NCBI GenBank assembly: GCA_031288595.1 | Contig: JAITRB010000018.1 | Span: 2,385 to 34,384, forward strand | From: Puniceicoccales bacterium | GTDB lineage: Bacteria > Verrucomicrobiota > Verrucomicrobiia > Opitutales > JAIRLG01 | Reading direction: 5' to 3' | DNA length: 32,000 bases | Part shown: positions 17,421-25,815 of the stretch, in pieces | Layout: the number at the start of each line of letters is the position of its first letter | How positions within the stretch are numbered: position 1 is the stretch's first letter | Notes under the pieces: model-generated | Seen by the model: only the letters and a program-made list of their open reading frames with translations | Told to the model about the DNA's origin: nothing | Databases searched by the model: none | Program-made: the position numbers and the translations under genes

Positions 17421-17450
17421 TTGAAGCAGAGCTTCGGGTCGCGCTATAAT
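17421..17450 (+). promoter_or_regulatory. Candidate sigma70-like promoter (TTGAAG-18 nt-TATAAT) with no obvious downstream gene
   Basis: A -35-like TTGAAG at 17421-17426 and a perfect TATAAT at 17445-17450 are separated by 18 nt. It points into about 280 nt without a credible ORF, followed by cloverleaf copy I in the same orientation. This is a sequence match only. Confidence 0.25.
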
Positions 17451-17725
17451 GATAGCTGAGACACTGAGCAGCATACGGAGATCATAAACTAAGGCATTCA
17501 TTACCAGAAAAACCCCTCTGCGATATGGGCCTATCCCTATGCAAATAGGATCCCTAGGAAAGAGATCCGGCGCCGCCAGACTCATTCCCGAACTGCTTGA
17601 GCTGCAGGGATGAAGAGACAGCGAGGTGCTGTGCTACCTATATGGCAGATCGAAAGCGATTGGCTACTTGAACCGCCTGGAAAATGGGCGAAGGAACGGA
17701 GTGAACCTGAGGCGCATTCGTCCCA

Positions 17726-17837
17726 GGCGCGATGGCCTCTTTGCAAAGCAAAGGGGTGGCTTCCGCTCCGCAGGAGCGGAAGCCACTCGTGGAGAGGAGG
17801 CGCCAGCCGGCGCCTCCTCTCCACAGGCCATCGCGCC
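17726..17837 (+). repeat. Cloverleaf intergenic element, divergent copy I
   Basis: It has the same topology but different sequence. The 13-bp closing stem is GGCGCGATGGCCT 17726-17738 with AGGCCATCGCGCC 17825-17837. Arm 1 is CTTTGC-AAA-GCAAAG at 17739-17753. Arm 2 is extended to 14 bp, GTGGCTTCCGCTCC-GCA-GGAGCGGAAGCCAC, at 17756-17786. Arm 3 is GTGGAGAGGAGGCGCC-AGCC-GGCGCCTCCTCTCCAC at 17789-17824. Confidence 0.65.
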
Positions 17838-17879
17838 GACAATTGTTCAAGGAAATTCCCATCGAGCCAGGTCCCATGA

Positions 17880-18704
17880 CTACCACGAGCTCATGGTATT
17901 CGTAAACAGACACGTGATATCGAAATACTTGATCAAACCCACTCCACCGGGGTCGATACTCATGTTGAGTTGCCACATCTTGACACCGGATACAATCGCA
18001 TGCCGGATGGCGTCACGGATGACCTTATTCTTCTCCGTCGGTTTCGGAATCTGAAAAATCGGTGCATCGTAGATGAAACACGTGAGCATGGCGGCGCTCT
18101 CATGAGCCTTTAGAGCATCGCTCAGGTCCATGACATGCCGGATGAAGCGCTCGAAGTAGGACGCAGCCCGTTCCTGCAACGGCACACCGTCGAGGAGCCA
18201 CGGCATGTACATCAGCGGCGTTTTGACTTCGACATAGGTGTCCTCAATTTTGAAATCCAATTTGGAATGGCCGACCCTTTGTTCCCTCAGGATTTTATGA
18301 CCATTGGCCGCAATCCCATCAAGCGCTCCACTGCGAAAGAAATGCTCGACATAGCGGTTGACGGCGTTCTGGTTGATGCCCATCCAGGATTCGGCATCAT
18401 CGAGAGAAATCGCCTCGACCGTATAGGCAGTTTTCCTCGTCGCATCCGTGGATGGCGATAGAAGACAGGGTAATCCTTCCAAAGAGATGTTCCCGATTTT
18501 CCCGGTACTGGGACAATGGCAGGTGAAGAGCTCATCCCCCTTTTTTACCTGCATGATGAAGCGGTTGGGACGGCCGACAATCCTTCCCCTCTCTAGAGGA
18601 AGCTCAAATCGATACATCTCCTGATACCTCTCCACGTAAAGACCGCCTGCCCGGAAAATCATCTTAGCTCCTTCATTTTCCAGGCACTCCACCTCGGAAT
18701 CCAA
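17880..18704 (-). CDS. sfsA: SfsA-family protein (sugar fermentation stimulation protein / DNA-RNA nuclease SfsA)
   Basis: Blocks are GRPNRFIMQV, CHCPSTGKIG, GINQNAVNRYVE and GHSKLDFKI...YVEVKT, arranged as in SfsA. The ORF is open to 18704. The homology-consistent start is probably MYRFELPLERG at 18617. Confidence 0.8.
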   Translation of the reverse strand: MDSEVECLENEGAKMIFRAGGLYVERYQEMYRFELPLERGRIVGRPNRFIMQVKKGDELFTCHCPSTGKIGNISLEGLPCLLSPSTDATRKTAYTVEAISLDDAESWMGINQNAVNRYVEHFFRSGALDGIAANGHKILREQRVGHSKLDFKIEDTYVEVKTPLMYMPWLLDGVPLQERAASYFERFIRHVMDLSDALKAHESAAMLTCFIYDAPIFQIPKPTEKNKVIRDAIRHAIVSGVKMWQLNMSIDPGGVGLIKYFDITCLFTNTMSSW

Positions 18705-18829
18705 TGGGGCATATTTCGCTCATACTGTAGCTAATCCTCGCCAAAGCAAGCCCCCTTCTCTCCCAAGACCCTTGACGAAGGTCCCAGTATGACCAGTATC
18801 TGAAAGAGGATTAGGCAGTTCATGAGAGC

Positions 18830-19204
18830 TTTACGGCGTTGTCTGAAATCCCAACTCCATCAACTGCAATATGGTCTTACGGGACTTGTCCGAGCTACGG
18901 CAGTTGCTGAGCAGCTTCCTCCTCCGAATGAATCGAGAGCTGCAGATGCCCGTATGAAAGCTGTCATGTGGCGAACAGCTGCGTTCGCTGTCTCGCCCGC
19001 ATCGCGCTTCAAGTACTTTCGTGGCTCATCCTCGACGGGATGACGATCCATCTCGATACCGCACTATGCGATTGTCTTTGCGATATTCTCAGAAATTTCC
19101 CAGGATCACTCTGTCTCATCTCCCATGACAAAACATTTATTCGATCCCTAGGGATCGAACATATATGGCGTATCGAGGATAAGAAACTCATTGGTCAGGA
19201 TTAA
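18830..19204 (+). pseudogene. Fragment of an ABC (ABC-F-like) ATPase domain, frameshifted
   Basis: The ABC signature LSCGEQLRSLSR lies in frame 1 from 18961. After a frame change comes ARIALQVLSWLILDGMTIHLD (degenerate Walker B/D-loop; canonical is LLLDEPTNHLD) and then FPGSLCLISHDKTFIRSLGIEHIWRIEDKKL (H-loop region; canonical is SHDRxFL). No Walker A or upstream domain is present. Confidence 0.5.
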
Positions 19205-19236
19205 AAATTTCCCCCATTATTTTCGCATATCTTTTT

Positions 19237-19881
19237 ATGAAGATGAATCTCCATTACCGCAGCATTCGCTATTTCTTTTCCATTGCCTTTCGAGAACTTT
19301 GGGGCGGAGAGGTCTATGGGCAGGAAAACATTCCGCCCGCGGGAGCCTGCCTCATCGCCGCCAACCATGCCAGTTTTCTCGATCCGCCCTTCGTCGCCGC
19401 CGTCTGTCCGCAGCGAGAGATCTTCTACTTCGCGCGTCAAACATTATTCAGGCCCGGCTTCTGGCACTTCATCCTCTCGCGGATCAATACGATTCCCGTC
19501 GACCGCGATGGGGACTCCGACTTGAAAGCCATTCGGCGGGTTCTGAAGCTGCTCCGCGAGGATCAGGGTGTGACGATTTTCCCCGAGGGAACCCGTACGC
19601 CGGATGGATATTTCCAGAAGGCTCAGGCCGGTGTCGGTTTTTTGGCCTGTCGGAGTGCCGTTCCGGTCGTTCCCATCCGCCTCTTCGGTACCTACGCCAT
19701 CTGGAATCGCCACCACACCGCCCCCGACTTTCACCGTCGGGCCCAGCTCGTCATCGGCTTACCGATTCTCCCCTCTCTCTACGACCCGGGCCCCACGCAT
19801 CCCCAACGCTATCAGGAAAGCGCCCGACGCATCCTGGGCGCTATCCGACAGCTGTCGCTCCCCCATCTCCGGCGGTGGTGA
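19237..19881 (+). CDS. plsC: 1-acyl-sn-glycerol-3-phosphate acyltransferase
   Basis: The acyltransferase motifs are AANHASFLDP (HX4D) and FPEGTRTPDG. At 214 aa the size is typical for PlsC. Confidence 0.9.
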   Translation: MKMNLHYRSIRYFFSIAFRELWGGEVYGQENIPPAGACLIAANHASFLDPPFVAAVCPQREIFYFARQTLFRPGFWHFILSRINTIPVDRDGDSDLKAIRRVLKLLREDQGVTIFPEGTRTPDGYFQKAQAGVGFLACRSAVPVVPIRLFGTYAIWNRHHTAPDFHRRAQLVIGLPILPSLYDPGPTHPQRYQESARRILGAIRQLSLPHLRRW

Positions 19882-19931
19882 GCCTGGATCGTGAGTCGGT
19901 GCCGAATTCCAGCGATTTCACGGGCCTCTGC

Positions 19932-20024
19932 TTGGCTGGCTTTGCCTACCGGAAAGGCCTTCGGCCTTTCCGGTAGGCGGCCCGCTTCGCGGGCCCGATT
20001 TCTCCGAAATCGAAAGCCAGCCAA
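19932..20024 (-). repeat. Cloverleaf intergenic element, copy F
   Basis: Read on the minus strand. Closing stem is TTGGCTGGCTTT/AAAGCCAGCCAA (19932-19943 and 20013-20024). Arm 1 is CGATTTC-GGA-GAAATCG at 19996-20012. Arm 2 is GGCCCGC-GAA-GCGGGCC at 19979-19995. Arm 3 is CCTACCGGAAAGGCC-GAA-GGCCTTTCCGGTAGG at 19945-19977. It is antisense to the flanking plsC and MFS genes. Confidence 0.85.
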
Positions 20025-20375
20025 CAGAATACCCTCACTTCTCCGGCAATCAAACCGGAGAAAAACTCACCTGAGAAAACCCTCAGGCGTTTTTGCTCCC
20101 TCCATTTGCCGTTGACTCACCGTGGAATGTCCCAAAACCCTTTCCCGTGGAAACCTGTGATGGAGACCTGCGGCCCACGTCATTCCATCGGGAATTTTTC
20201 GAAAAAATCTCTCTGAAATCGAAGTGGATAGGGCCTGCTCTTGGGCTACTGGGGGCTTGTGCTGGCCCGGGCGATGCAGGTCAAGCGGAAGATCGATTCC
20301 GACGGCTATCCTCCCTTGGAGCAAGTTCGGGGATTTCTAAGCCAATTCTCCCACGGAAGACGTCACTTCTTCTCT

Positions 20376-21599
20376 ATGTCAAATTCCGGGACTGAGGAAC
20401 TTTCCCTCTCTGAGCGCTCCCGTCTGACCCTTCGCTACGACACCCTCCGGCAGGCCTTCCAGGGTATTCTAGAGGCCGGTTTCAAAACCTATATCCTGCT
20501 CATCGCCATACGGGTCTTCCACATGGGTGCCTGGGAAAAATCCCTCCTCTCTTCCGCCGGTTTCGCCGGCCTGCTCTGTGCCCCTCTGGTCATGAAAGGG
20601 ATGGCCCGTACCTCCTGGACGAGCATGCAGATCACTGCGCTCTACTTCTTCCTCGTCGCCGCCTGCTTCCTCATCGCTTCCCTAACTCAAGACGCGGGCC
20701 TTTACCTCGTCCTTCTCGTCGCCGCCCGATTCATCTACAAGCAGCAGATCCCCCTCATGATCGACGTCTACAGCCATAACTACGCGGCGGACGAGCGCGG
20801 TTCCAAACTGGGATTTTCCATGTTCTTCCTGGCGACGGTCAGCGTTTTCTTCTCCCTCCTGGCCGGCCAATGGCTCGACCGGCACTTGGACGCCTACCGC
20901 TGGATCCTCGTCCTCATCGCCCTCTCTGCCCTCGGTAGCGCCCTCAGCTTTCTTAAAATTCCCTCCCGAAGGATCCCGAGCAGCTCAGGCCACCGCTGGG
21001 CCAACCTCAGCCTGCTCTGGAAGGACAAGCTCTTCACCGCCATCGTTCTCATCTGGGCCCTGGAGGGCATAGCCAACCAGATGACTATTCCCCTGCGGGT
21101 CGAGTACATCGCCCACGAGCGCTACGGGCTCAATTTCTCCAATCACTGGGTCACCCTTCTGAGCTGCGTCATACCCTCCATCTTTCGCATCCTCGGCTCC
21201 CCGCTGTGGGGCTACCTCTTCGACCGCCTTTCCCTCGTTCAGATGAAGCTGTGGATCAATAGCCTGCTCCTCCTGGGAACCCTGGCCTACTTCTTCTCCT
21301 CGTCCCTGCTCGGCATCCTCATCGGCTCCTGCTTCATCGGCATGGCCCATGGCGGCGGAGTCATCGCCTGGAGCCTCTGGGTCACGAAAATCGTTCCGGA
21401 AGAGTCCTGCTGCGATTACCTCAGCCTCAGCGCAGCGGAATTCGGCTTGCGCAGCTTCATCTCCCCCTTCATCGGCTATGCCCTGCTGGAAGGGACGCAA
21501 TCCTTGCCCTGCGTCGTCGCTATCGCCGTGCTCCTGATTTCCCTATCCTCGCTCGGATTTTGGCTCATCCGCCATCATGAGCGCTTGCGCCCCTCCTAA
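20376..21599 (+). CDS. MFS-type transporter (multi-pass membrane protein)
   Basis: There are about 12 hydrophobic segments in two halves with a central loop, which is the MFS architecture. No substrate-specific motif was recognised. The ORF is open from 20241. I prefer the MSNSG start at 20376 because the preceding 45 codons do not look protein-like. Confidence 0.75.
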   Translation: MSNSGTEELSLSERSRLTLRYDTLRQAFQGILEAGFKTYILLIAIRVFHMGAWEKSLLSSAGFAGLLCAPLVMKGMARTSWTSMQITALYFFLVAACFLIASLTQDAGLYLVLLVAARFIYKQQIPLMIDVYSHNYAADERGSKLGFSMFFLATVSVFFSLLAGQWLDRHLDAYRWILVLIALSALGSALSFLKIPSRRIPSSSGHRWANLSLLWKDKLFTAIVLIWALEGIANQMTIPLRVEYIAHERYGLNFSNHWVTLLSCVIPSIFRILGSPLWGYLFDRLSLVQMKLWINSLLLLGTLAYFFSSSLLGILIGSCFIGMAHGGGVIAWSLWVTKIVPEESCCDYLSLSAAEFGLRSFISPFIGYALLEGTQSLPCVVAIAVLLISLSSLGFWLIRHHERLRPS

Positions 21600-21638
21600 A
21601 ATCTCTCCAGAATCGGGTCTAGATATCCTGGGGATTTT

Positions 21639-24125
21639 ATGAAAATCGACCTGAAATGGTTGAAACGCCACGTGGACATTCCGGTTTCCGCCGCGGAGCT
21701 GCTTGAGATTTTCCCGAAGCTCGGGATGGAGGTGGAGGCGAGCCACATCCGCGGCATGGAGTTCCAGCCCACCCTGGTCGTGGGCGAAATCATCGACATT
21801 GCGGCCCATCCCCAAGCCGATCGCCTGCAGGTCTGTCAGGTCAGGGTCGACGAAGGAAAGCCAAGGACCATCGTCTGTGGGGCGAAGAATTTCAAACGGG
21901 GAGACCGCGTGCCAGTCGCCCTGCCCGGTACCCTCCTGCCGGAAGGCTTCAAGATCGAGGCCCGCGAACTTCGCGGCATCCGCTCGGAAGGCATGATGTG
22001 CAGCGCTCGAGAACTGGGTATTTCCGATGAGCACGAAGGGCTTCTCATCTTGTCGGGGAATCCCAGCATTGGGACAGCCATCCAAGAGCTCTTCTCTTTG
22101 GAAGAGGCCGGTTTTGAAATCGAGACGACGGCGAATCGCGGCGAGCTCCTGAGCCACCTGGGAGTGGCCCGAGACTTGGCCGCGTTTTTTAGAAAGCCGC
22201 TGCGGGAAGAGGCCTTTCCGATCCCCATAGCTCCCTACCCCTCGGCATTGGCGGGTGGCCTTAAGCAAGAACTCATCCTTCAATCGGAAGAAGCGCCCTA
22301 CTACTGCCTCTTCGAAATCCGCGATCTTCGGGTGTGCGAAAGTCCGGACTGGCTTCAGCAGGACCTGAAGGCCATCGGCCTCAGGCCGATCAATAACGTC
22401 GTCGACCTCACGAACTGGATCCTCTTCGACTCCGGCCAGCCACTCCACGCCTTCGATGCCGATGTAGTGTGGGGCAATAGCCTCTATGTCCGGCCGTCTT
22501 GGGAGGGAGAGACTATCCAGACCCTCGACGGACAGCAACGCTCGCTCGAGAAAGGGGTACTCGTCATCGCCGATGAGGACTCTGCTCTGTCCATTGCCGG
22601 CATCATGGGCGGAACATCCTCAGCCATCCGGCCAGATACCTGCCACATTTTCCTCGAAAGTGCCTACTTTCGTCCTGCCAGCATCCGGCGTAGCAGCAAA
22701 TGGCTCGGCCTGCGCAGCGACAGTTCCTACCGCTTCGAGCGCGACATCGACCCGGGCCGGACACTCGCAGCTGGCCAATGGGCCGCGCGGATGATCCTGC
22801 AGGTTTGCGGCGGAACGCTGGTGGGCTGCCGCGTTTCGGGTCGGCCTCCACGGGAGAGGCGGGTCATCGAACTCACGCCTTCATGGGTGGCGGAGCGCTG
22901 TGGCTGCCCCATTGCTCTCGAGAGCGTGGCTGAAAATTTAAAAGCGCTCGGCTATGGGGTCGATCAGGCCCAGCTGCCCTGGAAGGTGGAAGTGCCCAGC
23001 TGTCGCGCCGATGTGCAGCGCCCCATCGACCTAGTCGAGGAATTTTTGAGAATCTACGGCAATGAAAGGATTCCCCTCTCAGCACCTTCAACCCCCGTCT
23101 ACCATCGGGAAGACACAGCGGCGGCCATCTATTTCCGCGAAGTGGCCGATTATCTCTGCCACCGCGGTGCCGTCGAGGCTTGCCACTCCTCCTTCCGCTC
23201 CGAAGCGGAAGCAGGCTTTGGGGAGAAAAATTTCCAAATGCTCCGAATCGAAAATCCCAGTGTGGAGAATCAAAGCCACCTGCGCCTCAGCCTCATTCCC
23301 GGACTGCTGGATACGCTGTCCTACAACCTGCAGAGCGGCCATGAAGTCCCGGAGCTCTTCGAGAACGGACATGTCTTCATCCCTCACGAGGGAAAATTAT
23401 GGGAAGTCTACTCGACGGCCTATATTCAAGCACTCGGTTTCCAGCGGCGGCACTGGGAGAAGCTCCCAGCTCCTGGGCTGATGAGACTCAAGGCTATGGC
23501 TCTATCGATGGCCTCCATCGCCCAGATCTCGGAAGAGATTCTCCTGGGAAAAGGAGCAGAGCCGAGCGGCTTGTGGCAGGAGGAGAACAGCTGGCACTGC
23601 GGAAACCTCCTGGAGAAGCACTACCGTATTCAGCTCGGCATCCTCAACCCGGCTGGCTGTTCCCGGGAATTGCCCTATCCCGTCGCCGCTGTGGAGATCT
23701 GCCTCCTGCCACAGCACTTTGAGAAGACAAGTCGCGTCGAGCCGCGCTTCCGCCCCTTCAGCCTCTATCCCAGAGCTTCGCGGGACTTGGCCCTCATGCT
23801 GGACCGCTCCCTGCCGGCCGAAACCGTGCGCCGGGAGGTTTTGCGGCTGGCCAGGCGCGCGGCTGGGCGGCACTTCGAGGTCCAAGAGGTGGAGATATTC
23901 GATATCCACGAAGGAGAAAATCTCCCTGCGGGGAAGAAAAGCCTCGCGCTAGCCATCGATTTCTATTCCGAGCAGCGCACGCTCCGAGAATCGGAGGTGC
24001 AACACGCCTTCGAGCTGCTCCAACGCTTCATCCTTCGGGAAACTCCCTACGAAATTCGCTGCGATAGGGAACACGAAAGCTCCCTGCAGATGAAAGCGAT
24101 CCCTCATGAAGATGGAGGGAGATAG
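21639..24125 (+). CDS. pheT: Phenylalanine--tRNA ligase beta subunit
   Basis: 828 aa. It begins MKIDLKWLKRHVDI. The N-terminal tRNA-binding OB domain is GEIIDIAAHPQADRLQVCQV...VCGAKNF. B3/4, B5 and the C-terminal FDX-ACB-like domain follow in the canonical order. Confidence 0.97.
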   Translation: MKIDLKWLKRHVDIPVSAAELLEIFPKLGMEVEASHIRGMEFQPTLVVGEIIDIAAHPQADRLQVCQVRVDEGKPRTIVCGAKNFKRGDRVPVALPGTLLPEGFKIEARELRGIRSEGMMCSARELGISDEHEGLLILSGNPSIGTAIQELFSLEEAGFEIETTANRGELLSHLGVARDLAAFFRKPLREEAFPIPIAPYPSALAGGLKQELILQSEEAPYYCLFEIRDLRVCESPDWLQQDLKAIGLRPINNVVDLTNWILFDSGQPLHAFDADVVWGNSLYVRPSWEGETIQTLDGQQRSLEKGVLVIADEDSALSIAGIMGGTSSAIRPDTCHIFLESAYFRPASIRRSSKWLGLRSDSSYRFERDIDPGRTLAAGQWAARMILQVCGGTLVGCRVSGRPPRERRVIELTPSWVAERCGCPIALESVAENLKALGYGVDQAQLPWKVEVPSCRADVQRPIDLVEEFLRIYGNERIPLSAPSTPVYHREDTAAAIYFREVADYLCHRGAVEACHSSFRSEAEAGFGEKNFQMLRIENPSVENQSHLRLSLIPGLLDTLSYNLQSGHEVPELFENGHVFIPHEGKLWEVYSTAYIQALGFQRRHWEKLPAPGLMRLKAMALSMASIAQISEEILLGKGAEPSGLWQEENSWHCGNLLEKHYRIQLGILNPAGCSRELPYPVAAVEICLLPQHFEKTSRVEPRFRPFSLYPRASRDLALMLDRSLPAETVRREVLRLARRAAGRHFEVQEVEIFDIHEGENLPAGKKSLALAIDFYSEQRTLRESEVQHAFELLQRFILRETPYEIRCDREHESSLQMKAIPHEDGGR

Positions 24126-25404
24126 CATGGGGGCGATGGAGGAGCACTCCTGTCAACGGACGGCCTGGTTCGTATGGTTGGCTGCCGTCACCTTTTACGG
24201 CTATGAGTTCTTCGTGCGCGTCGCCCCGGGCAGCATGTTCCAGGAGATGCAGCGGAGCTACGGGGTCACGGCGGGGCTTTTCGGGTTCGCTTCTGGTACC
24301 TACTACTATATCTATGCCCCTATCCAAATCATCGCCGGTGCATTTTTCGACCGCTTCGGCGGGAGAAAGGTACTCCTGCCGGCCAGCCTCTGCGTGGCGC
24401 TCGGCTGCGCCTGCGTCCTGCTACCCCTACCCTCTCTGGGCCTCTTTGCCCTGGGGAGATTGCTCATGGGCCTGGGTTCCGGCTTTGGCTTCATCGGGGT
24501 CATGTATCTGGCCACCGTATGCTTTTCCAAGAGAAAGCTGTCCCTCATCTCCGGCCTGACCACCGCTATAGGATTCCTGGGCGCCATTCTGACCCTGCAG
24601 TACATCCCCCGGCTCGTCGAACGCATCGGCTGGCAGTCCTGTTGGTTCGGCGCCAGCATTTTCGGCCTGCTGTCGGCTGCCCTTCTGGGTATCGCCATCC
24701 CTCGCTCGCCTCGCCCCAAAACTGAGCAGCAGGACTCCCATTTCCAAGAAGAAGGGCCTTCTTTTCTCACGGGGCTCTGGCAGGTGCTGAAAAACCCCCA
24801 GACCTGGGTCATCGGTGGCATCGCCGGCGTGCTCTACGCCACACCGACTGTCTTCGGCGACCTGTGGGGGAATGCTTATTTTCGGAACGTAGCCCAGGCA
24901 TCCAACGAAAGTGCCGGCCAGAGCGTGGCCATGCTCTACCTCGGCTGGTTTCTCGGGGCCCCGTTCTTCGGCTGGCTCTCGGACAGAACGCGGAAGAAAA
25001 AGATACTTCTCCAGGTCGCGACTCTGCTCTGCGGCCTGCTGCTGTGTCTCTTCCTCTATGGCGATGCTTCCCTAAATACCCTGCGGATTTGGCTCCTGCT
25101 CATCGGCTTTTTCGGAACGCCCGAGGTCGCCTGCTTCACGGCCTCCATCGAAAACAATCCGAGCCATGCCAGTGGCAGTGCGGTAGCGGTGGTCAATATG
25201 ATCGTAATGCTCCTAGGGGGACTCACCCAGCCCCTTGTGGGATGGATCGTCGAGATCCTGTCCTCCTCCGGCATCGGGCAGAACACCGGGACGGCCGGCA
25301 TCCACGAGCTCCGCCTCGCCCTCGGTCTCCTGCCCCTTCTCAGTTTCCTCGGATTCATCCTGTGCTTTTTCTACGACGAGAAGACCGAGGAGCAGCATCC
25401 GTAG
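24106..25404 (+). CDS. MFS transporter
   Basis: It has 12 predicted TM segments and an MFS signature-like loop GAFFDRFGGRKVLL (canonical pattern G-x3-D-R-x-G-R-R). The ORF opens at 24106 and overlaps pheT by 20 nt. Starts at 24127 or 24136, just after the pheT stop, are equally plausible. Confidence 0.8.
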   Translation: MKMEGDSMGAMEEHSCQRTAWFVWLAAVTFYGYEFFVRVAPGSMFQEMQRSYGVTAGLFGFASGTYYYIYAPIQIIAGAFFDRFGGRKVLLPASLCVALGCACVLLPLPSLGLFALGRLLMGLGSGFGFIGVMYLATVCFSKRKLSLISGLTTAIGFLGAILTLQYIPRLVERIGWQSCWFGASIFGLLSAALLGIAIPRSPRPKTEQQDSHFQEEGPSFLTGLWQVLKNPQTWVIGGIAGVLYATPTVFGDLWGNAYFRNVAQASNESAGQSVAMLYLGWFLGAPFFGWLSDRTRKKKILLQVATLLCGLLLCLFLYGDASLNTLRIWLLLIGFFGTPEVACFTASIENNPSHASGSAVAVVNMIVMLLGGLTQPLVGWIVEILSSSGIGQNTGTAGIHELRLALGLLPLLSFLGFILCFFYDEKTEEQHP

Positions 25405-25465
25405 GAAGCTTTCGATTGCCAGATGGAGAATGAGCCCTATCCTCCTCTCTGAGAACTAAGGGAAG

Positions 25466-25807
25466 ATGGGAACAGTTCGAAATTCCAAGCTCTTCGCGGC
25501 GCTTCTGGCCAGCCTCCTCTGTCTACCCAGTCTCGAAGGAACAGCCCGCCCATACCGATCCTCACCACCGCCCCCTGCGTCGAGCAACGACTTTTTTCGA
25601 AAATACTCCTGCCGCTACACCCCTTTCGACCCTTCCACGGCCCGACCGGCTCCGGCTCGATTCCGCAACAACACGGCCACTGCTCATCCCCTTCCCCCGG
25701 CCAATTCGAAGCCCTTGAAGCTGCAGCGGATCAACCCTTCCTCCTCACGGCCCTCCCAGAGGCCCGGCCAACCCGTCCCTAGCTTGTCCGCCGGAATGGC
25801 CCCCTAG
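25466..25807 (+). CDS. Hypothetical small secreted Pro/Ser-rich protein
   Basis: The N-terminal signal-like segment is MGTVRNSKLFAALLASLLCLPSLEG. The remainder is low-complexity and proline-rich. No family was recognised, and its coding status is uncertain. Confidence 0.35.
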   Translation: MGTVRNSKLFAALLASLLCLPSLEGTARPYRSSPPPPASSNDFFRKYSCRYTPFDPSTARPAPARFRNNTATAHPLPPANSKPLKLQRINPSSSRPSQRPGQPVPSLSAGMAP

Positions 25808-25815
25808 GCCTTCTG

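Noticed and set aside
17600-17725. SRP (4.5S) RNA-like string GGTGCTGTGCTACC...GGGCGAAGGAACGG downstream of tRNA-Gln.
   Set aside because: The conserved helix-8 core (AGGUC...GGAA tetraloop...AGCAGCC) cannot be aligned, and no long closing helix is present.
21639-24125. pheT has no adjacent pheS, and its 3' end overlaps the next ORF by 20 nt.
   Set aside because: Split pheS/pheT loci occur in many bacteria. The overlap disappears if the MFS gene starts at 24127 or 24136.
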